Source: Leucoraja erinacea | Lineage: Eukaryota | DNA length: 64,000 nt | Direction: 5' to 3' | Assembly: GCF_028641065.1 (NCBI RefSeq) | Contig: NC_073390.1 | Span: forward strand, 28,582,001-28,646,000 | Shown here: piece by piece, positions 1 through 13,239 of the stretch | Position numbering within the stretch: position 1 is the first letter of the stretch | How the letters are laid out: every line of letters starts with the position of its first letter | Program-made: the position numbers and the translations under genes | Notes under the pieces: generated by a model | Seen by the model: only the letters and a program-made list of their open reading frames with translations | Databases searched by the model: none | Told to the model about the DNA's origin: nothing

Positions 1-1631
1 GGCTTGCAAAAGTATTCATACCCCTTGAACTTTTCCACATTTTGTCACGTTACAACCACAAACGTAAATGTATTTTATTGGGATTTTATGTGATAGACCA
101 ACACAAAGTGGCGCATAATTGTGAAGTGGAAGGAAAATGATACATGGTTTTCAAATTTTTTTACAAATAAAAAACTGAAAAGTGTGGCGTGCAAAAGTAT
201 TCAGCCCCCTTTACTCTGATACCCCTAAATAAAATCCAGTGCAACCAATTGCCCTCAGAAGTCACCTAATTAATAAATAGAGTCCACTTGTGTGTAATCT
301 AATCTCGGTATAAATACAGCTGTTCTGTGAAGGCCTCAGAGGTTTGTTAGAGAACATTAGTGAACAAACAGCATCATGAAGCCCAAGGAACACACCAGAC
401 AGGTCAGGGATAAAGTTGTGGAGAAGTTTAAAGCAGGGTTAGGTTATAAAAAAATATCCCAAGCTTTGAACATCTCACGGAGCACTGTTCAATCCATCAT
501 CCGAAAATGGAAAGAGTATGGCACAACTGCAAACCTACCAAGACATGACCGTCCACCTAAACTGACAGGCCGGGCAAGTTTTGGTCACCTAACAGGTGGG
601 CCGGGCATTGGTCAGAGAAGCAGCCAAGAGGCTCATGGTAACTCTGGAGGAGCTGCAGAGATCCACAGCTCAGGTGGGAGAATCTGTCCACAGGACAACT
701 ATTAGTCGTGCACTCCACAAATCGGGCCTTTATGGAAGAGTGGCAAGAAGAAAGCCATTGTTGAAAAAAAAGCCATAAGAAGTCCTGTTTGCAGTTTGCC
801 ACAAGCCATGTGCAGGACACAGCAAACATGTGGAGGAAGGTGCTCTGGTCAGATGAGACCAAAATTGAAGTTTTTGGCCTAAATGCAAAACGCTATGTGT
901 GGCGGAAAACTAACACTGCACATCACCCTGAACACACTATCCCCACTGTGAAACATGGTGGTGGCAGCATCATGCTGTGGGGATGCTTTTCTTCAGCAGG
1001 GACGGGGAAGCTGGTCAGAGTTGATGGGAAGATGGATGGAGCCAAATACAGGGCAATCTTGGAAGAAAACCTGTTAGAGTCTGCAAAAGACTTGAGACTG
1101 GGGCGGAGGTTCACCTTCCAGCAGGACAACGACCCTAAACATACAGCCAGAGCTACAATGGAATGGTTTAGATCAAAGCATATTCATTTGTTAGAATGGC
1201 CCAGTCAAAGTCCAGTCCCAAATCCAATTGAGAATCTCTGGCAAGACTTGAAAATTGCTGTTCACAGACGCCCTCCATACAATCTGACTGAGATTGAACT
1301 ATTTTGCAAAGAAGAATGGACAAAAATTTCTAGATGTGCAAAGCTGGTAGAGACATACCCCAAAAGACTTGCAGCTGTAATTGCAGTGAAAGGTGGTTCT
1401 ACAAACTATTGACTCAGGGGGGCTGAATACTTTTGCACGCCACACTTTTCAGTTTTTTATTTGTAAAAAAAATTTGAAAACCAAGTATCATTTTCCTTCC
1501 ACTTCACAATTATGCACCACTTTGTGTTGGTCTATCACATAAAATCCCAATAAAATACATTTACGTTTGTGGTTGTAACGTGACAAAATGTGGAAAAGTT
1601 CAAGAGGTATGAAAACTTTTGCAAGCCACTG
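1..1631 (+). mobile_element. Tc1-family (DD34E) DNA transposon, near full length, IR/DR type, transposase disrupted
   Basis: ~210-bp terminal inverted repeats (1-210, first ~4 nt cut by the window edge; 1417-1631 ending GCAAGCCACTG) followed by TA at 1632-1633. Inner/outer direct repeats TGCAAAAGTATTCA at 5-18 and 190-203. Transposase homology between the TIRs. Confidence 0.96.
376..1412 (+). pseudogene. Tc1 transposase pseudogene (paired-like HTH plus DD34E catalytic domain), split across three frames
   Basis: MKPKEH..GYKKISQAL HTH (376-), GRVARRKPLL (~735-), WSDETK, QQDNDPKH and SPVPNPIE motifs. Broken by an insertion at ~577-598 and an A-run frameshift at ~764-771. Confidence 0.93.
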
Positions 1632-3651
1632 TACTTGCCTATCAAGTTGAATAACTGCATTACATTGTTAGGGACCTGAGTGCAAAATTATTTTTGGTCG
1701 TCTTTTCTTTTAAGAGATGATCTTCGATCTAACACACCTACCTGTGCCAGATACATTTGGCTGCAGTTTACCTGTTGCTGCTCAAGTCACATGGACACAA
1801 ATGCAGGTCAAGAACTGTTTCAAAGCTGCTTACTTGCCATTACCAAGGCTTTTCAGGTGCAATGTATTACTTTGACATTGTGTAAGATCTCATGTATGGG
1901 AGTACAAATTTACAAAGTCTTGATCCCTTGAACTTATTCCCCTCCCCCACAGATGCTACCCGACCAGCTGAAATACTCCAGCATTTTGAGTTTTGTTCAA
2001 GATTCTAGATCTGCAGTTCTTTGTGTCACCTTAAAATGTATTTTATTTTCCTCTTAGGAGGTGATGGAATAACTGAAATGGTGGAATCATGGATTGTTTC
2101 CTCTGCATCTTTACAGTTAGGAAATAGGAAGAAATGATGGCTTAAAACAAAAGAGTTACAATTCTTATTTGACAGCGACTGACCAAATGAGAGTCTACTC
2201 TTAGTGTTTGTTGATGTTGAGATGAGTTTGCCATTGACTTTTAATAGTTTAACAAGATGGTGTTTGGTAAAACACAAGGTCATGCAAAACATGCTTGGTG
2301 AGAGTATTAATGTGATGCAAATGAGAAAAACAAGGTCACCACGACCATTGTTCTAATACTTCTTTGATACAACGAAACCCGGGAATGTAGATTGAAGGCA
2401 GTAAGAACTAGAATAACTGGGCAACCCAGAGCTAATTTCTCCCCAAAAGTAGGTCAACATGTTGTGCAAACCTACTGCATTGAACTGAGTAAGGGAGAAA
2501 GTAGGAGGACATGTTCCTGACATCTGGAAAGAAATGACATTCCATTGCACTTTTCTGGGGGAAATAGGCAGACTAGGTTAGAACTGTTATTTATGTAGTG
2601 TCCAATCCATTCCAACACAGGCCATGACCACTGTTGATGCAAAGTGCAGTTACTGTACTTTGATAAAGTCCCACAGATTGTGAATTAGACAAATAATCAA
2701 TGGATCAAGTAACACTTGAATTCTTTTGCATTCAACTGAGTGAGCTGGTTTATTATCTCATCTAAGATCATAGCAATGCTGCACTGCCTCTCTAATGCAC
2801 TACATTCTGCAGCATATTGTAGTATGTGTTGTAATTAGGATTTGATTGAGACAAGGTTCAGACTCCTGATCATGAGTGTCTGAGTTTGGGAACATTCGTG
2901 AAATCCGGTACAGAATTTCCAAAGGAAAGCTCATAGCACAAAGGGTGCCTGCTGTAATTGTTCTTAATCTAATGGGACATTTTAGCATCTGGCCACCTCA
3001 TTATTTTAGTGGAAAATCTAGACTGACTCCAAGCTGTAGCTTTGAATATTCTGATTTTAAATCTATGTCGGAATTTCATTTGTTTTTCTAGTTCGGTACA
3101 GGGAAGAAAAGTTGGAATCAAAATAGACATTGAAAGGTCCAGTTGTAAACCTTCTCTCTGGTCGATTTTATTTATACTGATTAGACTGAGGTTAGACCTT
3201 TCAGAGCTAAATTTCTAAGAGCACAGGAACTCAGTCAAATTTGTGACATTTTTACTCTCAGCAATCTCCATGCTGTCTACTCCAGGCACTGGTCTGGTGA
3301 TATTTTTTACTTTGTGCTATCAACATCCGCAAGTGGAAGGAAATAAAATGTGGCCTGTTTTACAATAAACAAAAGCTGCATGCAGTAATTAACCAAGCCA
3401 TATTCATAGGTGACATGATCCAGTTGTTTTGAAAATGGCATTTTGTTTCACTTAATCATAATCGCTTGACAGCAGACGTCAGGTTTTGGTTTTGTATAAT
3501 GTACTTGGATGGTGATTGGGAGAGTAATACCAGTTTTGTTTCGAGTGGATAGGTCTGAACAGAGTGGATGTGGAGAGGATATTTCTAGAAGTGGGAGAGT
3601 CTAGGGCCAGACGACATGGCCTCGGAATAAAAGGACATTCCTTTAGAATTA

Positions 3652-5283
3652 GTATTTCTCCTCCGTATTTACCGAGGAGAAAGACAGTAGGACGGAAGAG
3701 ATTGGAGCAGTCACTGGAAGTGTCTTGAGCCGCCAGGGTTACCGTCGAAGAAGTACTGAAGGTACTGTCGTATTTGGAGGTAGGCAAATCTCCAGGGCCT
3801 AATAAGATACATCCGAGGACTTTGCAGGAAACTAGAGAGGAAATTGTGGGAGCCCTGGTTGAAATTTACGAGTCGTACTTAAATACAGGAGAGGTGCCGG
3901 AAGACTGGAGGATGGCAAATGTTGTGCCTCTTTTCAAGAAGGGCTGCAGGGAAAATGCTGGGAACTATAGGCCGGTGAGCTTAACATCTGTAGTTGGTAA
4001 GTTACTGGAGAGTATTCTGAGGGATAGGTTATACCAGCATTTGGATGGCAAGGACTGATTAGGGATCGTCAGCATGGTTTTGTACGTGAGAGGTCGTGTC
4101 TCACAAATCTGATTGATTTTTTTAAAGACGTGAGCAAAGAGGTTGATGAAGGCAGAGCTGTAGATGTTGTGTACATGGACTTCAGTAAGGCTTTCGACAA
4201 GGTTTTGCATGGTAGGCTGCTCTGGAAGGTTAGATCGCATGGGATCTGAGGAGAGATAGCTGAATGGATAGCAAATTGGCTCCATGGAAGGAAGAAGAGG
4301 GTGATGGTGGAAGGTTGCTTCTCGGACTGGAGACCTGTGGCTAGTGATGTGCCACACCGAACGGTGCTGGGCCCATTACTATTTGTCATGAGATTGGATG
4401 AGAACATACAGGGCAAGATTAGTAAGTTTGCTGATGATACAAAAGTTAGTGGTTTTGCAGATAGTGAAGATGGTTGTGAAAGATTGCCAGGTGGGCGTAA
4501 GAATGGTTGATGGAATTTAATACAGAAAAGTGTGAGATGTTGCATTTTGGGACGTCGAACAAGGGCAGTACCGACACAGTAAATGGTAGAGCAGAGGAAT
4601 CTAGGAGTACAGGTGCATGGTTCCATGAAGGTCAAGTCGCAGGTAGACAAGGTGTTCAAAAAGGCTTTTGGTACTTTGGGCTTCCTCAGTCAGAGTATTG
4701 AGTATAGAAGTTGGGAGGTCATGTTGCAGTTGTATAAGACGTTGGTGAGACCACATTTAGAATATTGTGTTCAGTTCTGGGCATCATGTTATAGGAAAGA
4801 TATTGTCAAGCTTGAAAGGGTTCAGAAAAGATTTACGAGGATGTTGCCAGGACTAGAGAGTGTGAGCTATAGTGAGAGGTCGAGTAGGCTGGGTCTCTAT
4901 TCCATGGAGCACAGGAGGATGAGGGGAGATCTTATAGAGGTATACAAGATCATGAGAGGAATAGATCGGTCAGATGCACAGAGTGTTTTGCTCAGAGTAG
5001 GAGAATCAAGGACATAGGTTCAAGGTTAAGGAGAAAACATTTAATACGAATCCGAGGGGCAACTTTTTCACACAAAGGGTGGTGAGTGCATGGAACAAGC
5101 TGCCAGAGGAGGTAGTTGAGGCTGGGACTATCCCATAGTTTAAGATAGCGTTAGACAGATTAATGGATAGGACAGGTTTGGAGGGATATGGGCCAAGAGC
5201 AGGCAAGTGGGACTAGCGTAGCTGGGACATTGTTGGCCAGTGTGGCGAGTTGGGTCTGTATCACTATTACTCTATGACTCTAA
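3652..5283 (+). mobile_element. CR1-clade (HER1-like) LINE, 5'-truncated ORF2/RT with 3' tail, nested in an older CR1 fragment (~3548-3650 and ~5284-5540)
   Basis: NYRPVSLTSVVGKLLE, DFSKAFD, KFADDTK and RPHLEYCVQFW motifs across frameshifted ORFs. 3' tail TACTCTATGACTCT. Confidence 0.93.
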
Positions 5284-6605
5284 GGGAGATGAGGGGGATA
5301 TTCAGAATATGGAGTCACCAAAATGGGTCTGGGAAAGTTATCTCGTGCTATTGTAAATCTGTGAAATTCCATACTACAGCGGCCTGTGGATGCTTAAGTC
5401 ATCGAGTATATTTTAGGATGAGATCAGTGTGCTTTGGGACTCTGCTGGAAACTGGTGGGAAAGCAGATTTGAGCTGTGGGATCAGCAGAATCCTATTGAT
5501 AGCAGAGCAGGCTCGAGGAGTGTTGTGAATTTAGCTGTATCTGCTTATTTTAATGTTCATATTAGCAGATTTTATTTTGGGATATCTAGTTGGTGCATCT
5601 AATTCTAGAAATTCTGAACAATGTGCCTAATTACTGCATAAAGTTAATCCTCTGTTATCGAATGATACATCAAATTGTAGATGTAACAGCCTGTCCCCAC
5701 CAATATTTGATGTGAAGCCACAGGGTTCACTGGTTCCAGTCTACAAAAGGTACATTTCTGATTAGTGTTAATTGTTCTCCCCCAGGTATTAAGCATAGCA
5801 TGATCCAAATCCCGATGAAATATGTGGTACGAAATAACTGGGCTTCAAAGCAAGTACAGTAATATTTAGGCCAATAGAATTAGTTCCATAACATATGGGA
5901 ATTGTGGCCAGACCGGAATATTCAGGCGTTAGGATTCATAACAGAATGTTCAAAGTAACACCTGACTGTGGAATATTTCTAAATGATCATGTATAGAAGC
6001 AATTCCAGGGCGCAGCATATTAGAACATGACTGCTTGACATGGTGATTATTTGAGAGACTCATTTTACTTTGATACATTGGGCCAGATCTAGACATTTGG
6101 CAGCAAATATCAGAACGGTGTATGTGTTAAAGTTGCCAAACTATTTCCAGTTTTGTACATTATTTGAGAATTCCCATGTTATTTGATTTTATGGAATTAT
6201 TGTATTACCAAGATTTCTCATGCATCAAACTATCTGCAGTACTGGACAATAATTGTGTATATTTGTTGATTATAACCAGCTACCTGAGCTATCAGAATGC
6301 CGGTATTACCACAACATAATTTGCCCATGTAATATCTTAGCTGCAAGGTATAATGAATAATATTCGGAATTCCTAGATTCTTTATAGATATTAACGTGAA
6401 GAATGAGGGATGAAGAGATATGCCCAGAATATCTAACAAATTATGGGCAAGATTTCTCTTTGTGCAAATGCTGAGGTAAAAATAAGGAACTTGATATTCT
6501 GAGGGGCCACATTTATCCTCTGATTTCAAAGCACTGGGCTTCCTGCCTGCATGTTAGACAGATCTGTGCAATAGTCGGTATCAGTGGGTTGTCCATAAAA
6601 CCTGA

Positions 6606-6755
<150 letters not shown>

Positions 6756-7181
6756 TAAGGACTCTCAAATCATCAATAAAAAATGGAAACTAATCCAAGA
6801 TGAGGACTTAAAGACATTGTCGACCCAGCAGGGAAATGTACTCTCATATCTGTTTTGTGTTAGCAAAACGTGCAGTAGTGTTTATACAGTACACAAACTA
6901 GTTGAGTTGAATGGAAACACAAATGACTTGCTAGCTCTTGTCCACCCCTTCCCCATTCCTACTAGCTATCTTCCCTCCAATCCATCAGTCAGAAGAAGGG
7001 TCCCAACCAGTGTTTATTGTGTGAGATTTTTATTGTTTTGATAAGAACTGTAATTAAAAGAAATTGTTGAATTCCTAACATTCATTGATCTTATGGTATT
7101 GATAACAACCTGCACTCCACATGTCACAGATTTTGAGCTTCTCCTTCAAGCACAGTGGGAGGTAATCCATCGGCTTTCTAA

Positions 7182-7394
<213 letters not shown>

Positions 7395-8029
7395 TGAAAT
7401 TGAATAGAAAATAATTCAAATGATGCAATTTTCTCCTGTGTCCTCAATTTCCCTTTGAAGGTGCTAATTTGTTCCAGATTAAAGATCCTGGAATTTGGGT
7501 AGCTTTCTTTAGGAAAACAAATTGGCTTTCTGTGCATCTAGGCTTTGAACAGGGAGTATTGGCGACTGGAGGTTGGGTGTTAAGACAAAAAGCTGGAGCT
7601 TGCCCTTGTGCATCTGCCCTGCCATGTGTGCTGTTCAGATGGGGCTATTATGTAATATTTATTTTGGTGCATGGAAATCCATCACAGACTAACGACTAGA
7701 AAATCTGCACCAGCTCATAGGATTTCTATTTGTCAATCATTAAGGGGACACATATTTTATAACCTTTTCAGAATTTGTAGTTATATGAAACCTAAAGAAT
7801 GTGCAGTTTGCTGGTTGCATTTCACTAGCTGTGTTAACCTTAGCTCATTATCTGGGGTTCTTGCCCTGGATTCATACTGTGTATCACACAAAGTTGAGCA
7901 TGCAAACCAGTGCAGTACCAGGCAATACTCACATGGTTGATTTTGGATGAAAGTATTTGAAACTCAGTCTGTCCTGTCAAGGGTATGTGAAAGATTCAAC
8001 AATGCCCCTGTTGAAAAGAGTTATAAATA

Positions 8030-9330
8030 CAGCCCGGAAACAGGCCCTTTGGCCTGCTTTTGCTCTTTATCCCTCAAAACCTTTCCTATCAATTTACATC
8101 TCCAAGTATCATTTAATTGGACCCGTCTCAATCTCTTTTTCTGGTAGCTATTTTCTGGTAGTGGTGCATATTTTGTAATATGCACCACTCTGCTGTATGC
8201 TGCAAAGTTGTTCCTTGGGTCCCTTTCAAATCTTTCCCTTCTCAGCTTAAACCAATGCCCTCCCTAGGATTTCACCATCCCTAGGACTAACTGTGTGTAT
8301 TCATCTTATTCGTATACATCTCTATTGGGTCACCCCTCAATTGCCTATGCTTCACGGAATATAGTCCTAGTCTGCCCAACCTCCCTCCGTAACTCAGGCT
8401 CTCAAGTCCTGGGCGTATTCTCATAAATCATTTTTGCACTCTCCTGCTTAAATGACATATTTTCTATCGCATCCAAAACTGTACACAATGCTCCAAGTGC
8501 AGCATCAACAACATCTCGTACAACTGCATCTCAATTCTGAAACTCAATAACCTGAGTGCCACATTCACCATCCTGTCTATCTGTGACAACACTTTCAGGG
8601 AAGCTTTGTACCTGTACTCTGTCTTAAAACACAACCCAGGGGCCTACCGTTCATGAAGGTCCTGCTCTGGTTTGACTTCCCAAAATGTAACACGTTCCAC
8701 GTATCTGAATTGAATTCTATTTGGCATTCCTTGGCGCATTTACCTAGCCAATCAAAATCCCACAGTACATGTTGTGATAACCTTGTTCATTGTCTACAAG
8801 ACCAGCTATTTATTCTAATGTCATCTCCTAACTTGCTAGCCATGCCTTTAACATTCTCATCTGAATGGTTCATAAAAATGATGAGAAACAATTGGCCCAA
8901 CACTAATCCCTATGGCCTATGGCACACCACTAGACACAGGCATCCAAAATGCAGCCTTTTGCCATGCAATCTACAATCTTGTCCAGCCTACAACCTTGCT
9001 AAAGTCTGTATAGACATCGTTCATTGCCTTGCCTCATCAATCCTCTTCGTTACCTCTTCAACAAACTAACAAGTATGTGAGATGCAATTTTCTATGCAAA
9101 AAGCCGTACTGACTATCTCAAATCAGTACTTGTCTGTCCATGTTAGTAGATCCCATCCTTCTCAATCTCTTCCTGTTACTTGCCTGCCACTGATGTCAGG
9201 CTCACTGGCCTGAAGTTCCCTGGCATGTCCTTGCTGCCCTTAGTAAATAATAGTACATTAATCATCTTCCAGTCTTTTAGAACTTCACCTGTAGCTAAAG
9301 ATGTTGTAGATATTTACGCAATGACCTTGT
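8030..9330 (-). mobile_element. Degraded CR1 LINE fragment
   Basis: Reverse-complement CR1 3' end and RT remnants (e.g. plus-strand CTCACTGGCCTGAAGTTCCCTGG corresponds to PGNFRPVS). Confidence 0.75.
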
Positions 9331-10892
9331 AGTATCTGTACTCTTGAACACTGAGCTGCCAGACCTATCCTGCTCTCAGCCATGTTTCATTATGGCTATA
9401 ATATCCCCCGTGCTCTATGTCAATCCATGTCCCGAGTTCGTCCACTTTACGTGTAGAGCCTGTGTTGAAACACATGCCGTGCTCCTGGCTATCCAAGACT
9501 AATCTTGCTTTCTTTTGACTGCAGTATTTGTCCTCAGCTTCTTATCTGCCTGTGAGTATTCCTTATTCATGTTAGCTGCTCTCCTGAGGCAGCGTGACAT
9601 ATAGATGGAGTGGATGGGGAGGAGGCTGATTTGCGTGATGGACTGGGCTACATTCACAACTCGCTGCAATTTGTTATGCTCTTTGGCAGAGCAGTTGCCG
9701 TCCCAAGCTGTGGTGCATTTCTGTAGTGCTACAGTGTTAATTTGTCAGTCATTGGAGACCAAGAGCCTGAATCCTTGCCCACTGCACAATCTATTCTGCC
9801 ATGCATTCATTTGACCTATTCTTCTATTTCTATCACCAACAACACACTGGGTGTAATTCAGTGATTACAGTCCTTGAGGTCCTGCTTTTAACCTTTCTCT
9901 AACTCTCTATACTCTTTATGTTCTGCCATGCTGGGCAATGTTTACCAATCATCATTCATTGCTGGTTCTTTAATAAAGGAAATTTGACATACTTAATCTG
10001 CCAGATTTATTTGTGATTTCTCATCCTCGGTTGACTCTTCACTGCCTCTGAAATTGCAATAGTTACTTCAAACTGCTATGAGGCAAACAAAACCAGCTTA
10101 ACACTGATGTACTCACAGAATCATCTATTTTAACCAATGTTCACAATTCCTGCATCTGTGCTTCATAATTAGCCACACCTCTAGCCATGCTGCTCCAGTA
10201 CAGCTACATCATTGGAACCTACTCGACACTGTAGAAAATTGTCCAGTACTTTGCACAATGAGCAGGACAAATCCAAGCTGGCCATTAACCTTTCCCATGG
10301 GTTCAATCTCATGATTAGCAAGACCATGTAAAACATTGTCCAGACTGCTGTCACTACTTACTCGTAGCTGATGGTCAGTTAATGATGTGGCAGATTAGGG
10401 GGGATCCAAACATAGAAAAATATCTGAATTTCAGAGCTGAGATTAAATTGACATTAAGGCGCCATTTGCCAAAGTGTAGCATCAAGGACCCCCCCATTAA
10501 AACTGATTGGAATCAGAAACACCTGGGTATCGTTCAGGCATAGAACGACTTGGCAATCGTGATTAGTGCCACAAAAGTGACCACTGCCCATAGGTACCTG
10601 AAAGGGGCAACACAAGTAAATGCTGTCAGTATGGTCTTCCGTGAGGCTTTGATAGGGTTCCGCATGATAGGCTGCTCTGGAAAGTTAGAGCGCAAGGAAT
10701 CCAGGGAAAGCTAGCCAACTGGATAGGCAATTGGCTTCATGGAAGGAAGCTGATGGTGGAGGTTGTTTCTTGGACTGTGACTGGTGGTGTGCCTTGGGGA
10801 TCCAGGAGTGTAGGTACATAGTTCCTTGAAAGTGGCAAATAACCTTATTCAATGCCATATTGATATTTCACAAGCGCTCATGAACATATGAA

Positions 10893-11189
10893 GTGGCGCA
10901 GCTGATGGAGTTGCTGCTTTACAGCTCCAGAGACCCAGGTTCAATCCTGACGTTGGGCACTGTCAATGTGGAGTTTGCACATTCTCCCACTGACTGCGTG
11001 GGTTTCCTCCGGGTGCTCTGGTTTTCTCTAACATCCCAAAGATGTGCGGGTTCACTGGCCTCTATGAATTGCCCCAAGTGTGTAGGGAGTGAATACGAAA
11101 ACAGGATAACATAGAACTAATGTGACTGGGTGATTGATGGTTGGAGTGCACCAGTGGGCCTGTTTCCATCCTGTATCTGTAAACTAAAC
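10893..11189 (+). mobile_element. tRNA-derived SINE (HE1/V-SINE-like)
   Basis: A-box-like GTGGCGCAGCTG and B-box-like GGTTCAATCC; V-domain TGTGGAGTTTGCACATTCTCCC; CR1-type tail GGGCCTGTTTCC..CTAAAC. Confidence 0.85.
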
Positions 11190-13239
11190 CAGTTTCACCT
11201 GTTCTCTGCATTTAAGAATGCAGCCTTTCAGAAAGGAACACAGGAACTATCTACAAGACTGTCTGCATTTGTACTTGTGCTTGTGAAAACTTGCTTATCC
11301 ACTCCTAGACTGCACACTGATCAGACAAGCCTTTGTCGAAATCGATTGTCAAAAGATTGATATTTTATTTATTTCCCATTGGTTGTCGAAAGATTTGATA
11401 TTTTATTTATTTCCCATTGATTACTCCCCTCCCCGTCTGGAAGATGATAGATCAGCCATTACTGACCCAATAAGACGCATGTTTTTACTTTACTTTGTGG
11501 ATTTTGCAGTGTGAAGATAGCTTTTTTCATAAATCCATTCAACTAGTTAACCATACAGCTTTTACCAACCATTTCCTCAATGTCTCAGATCCTGTGTTAA
11601 CGCAAGAAAAATTATGGAGTTGTACAATAGCTGGATTAGCATCAGACAGAGGAGAGGGGTTAACATTTTGATGTTTTTCTTAAAATTGTTAGCCAAAATA
11701 CTGACAAGATGGAGATCCTTGATGCTGAACGTTGTATTCTCAGGTTATTTGCAAAGTGGAATGAAGTGTGTGTTTATTGCCATGCCAAATATGGATAGGA
11801 GGACTCCCTCCCAATCAGTAGCTGCCTGTTTTCACTTCCAGAAGGGGATATGCTAGAAAGGGCAAGAAATGTTGTACTGCACTGTAGCCACCTGATACCG
11901 CAGCTGCATTCCCTGATTTATCAGCCCATAATAATTATTAATACACGTCGCATCAATTACACTTCACATTCGTCATCAATGACATTAATATATTTTCTTC
12001 ATTGATCATCCAAATTCAGTAACAAATTGATTATCAGAAATATCTTTTAAAATAGCGTACAGTTTTTGCATTTTTCAAAATTTTTAATGGATATTGCATA
12101 ATTGCCAGTTTAAAGCAGGTAAGAATTAGATTACTGACTTACACATAATGTAAAACTTGTAATGACATACGGTCATTTATAAATTGTCTATCCTCCACAC
12201 TTCTATATTTGTGCAATCTTGAAAAGTGTTAGGAATCAAGATGTTTAGTGACAAGTATCGATTTCAATCTATTCAAATTGGTACAAACTTCAAACCAAAG
12301 CCTTCCTAACCATCGTATTGCATTTACTCAATTAATACTCTGTTTGCTGATGTTTCTTTCATTGTCTTCTGGATTTTACATGCACTAAACCAATGCTTTC
12401 ATCACCAATTTCCCTACTTATTCCCCTCCTAACCTTCTAACAAGTGGTGTTGAGGGTTAATCAAGACATGGTGGGGCTGGGGGAGTTACAGCAGCAACTC
12501 ACCAGGCCGATGTGACATGTGAGAGTCTGATGCATCGGGACAGTAGCGACTTCAGAGTAAGTTTTTCAATGCTGCTAATAAAATTGCCTACTGTTGTCTG
12601 AATCAAATTGGGCAGTGAAAGAAATTGAATCTGGCTGATAAATAAATGGCTATTTAAAGTTTAAATGATCCAAATCAAAATTCACAGTGAAAATGTAAGA
12701 TGCGTGAATGGGAGGACGCAGTCACACAAGGACATCATGAAGCAGGCAGTTCTATGGTCAATGAAGTGAAGTGTGAGTGTCTACTTTGGATCTGAGACCA
12801 ATCAGAATATAATTAGTAATTCGGTGGTGTGGATCAGCATTGGGTGTCTGCGCACAGATCAACAGCAATCCGAAAAGTGGCTGAGACATCAGTCAGTCAA
12901 AAATAAGGTATATTTACTTACACAAAACCTTTGAGGTTCTCCATGTGAGAACTGAGTTTAGATTTCAACACATTTTTCAGGAAAGATATTGGTTTCAATG
13001 GTTCAACACATGGCCATCTAAATTATACTAGGATCTAAACTTTTTTTTCAAAATCCTTGCTTGAATGGTAATAAGTTGGGACCAATTATTTTGCATTTGC
13101 TTGTACCTTAACTGATCATCATATTTGTGAAACACCTTAAGTATCTCAGTTGCTCATTGTTCCATTCAACATGAACCATCACAGAACCTACTTGGTTCGA
13201 AGTTAGTGTCCATTCTGTCTGCTTTTTCACTCTCTCGAC

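Noticed and set aside
789-1412. Active transposase gene
   Set aside because: The catalytic ORF is out of frame with the DNA-binding domain and starts at a non-ATG codon.
11346-11420. Two-copy ~37-bp tandem duplication
   Set aside because: Ordinary slippage duplication in an intron.
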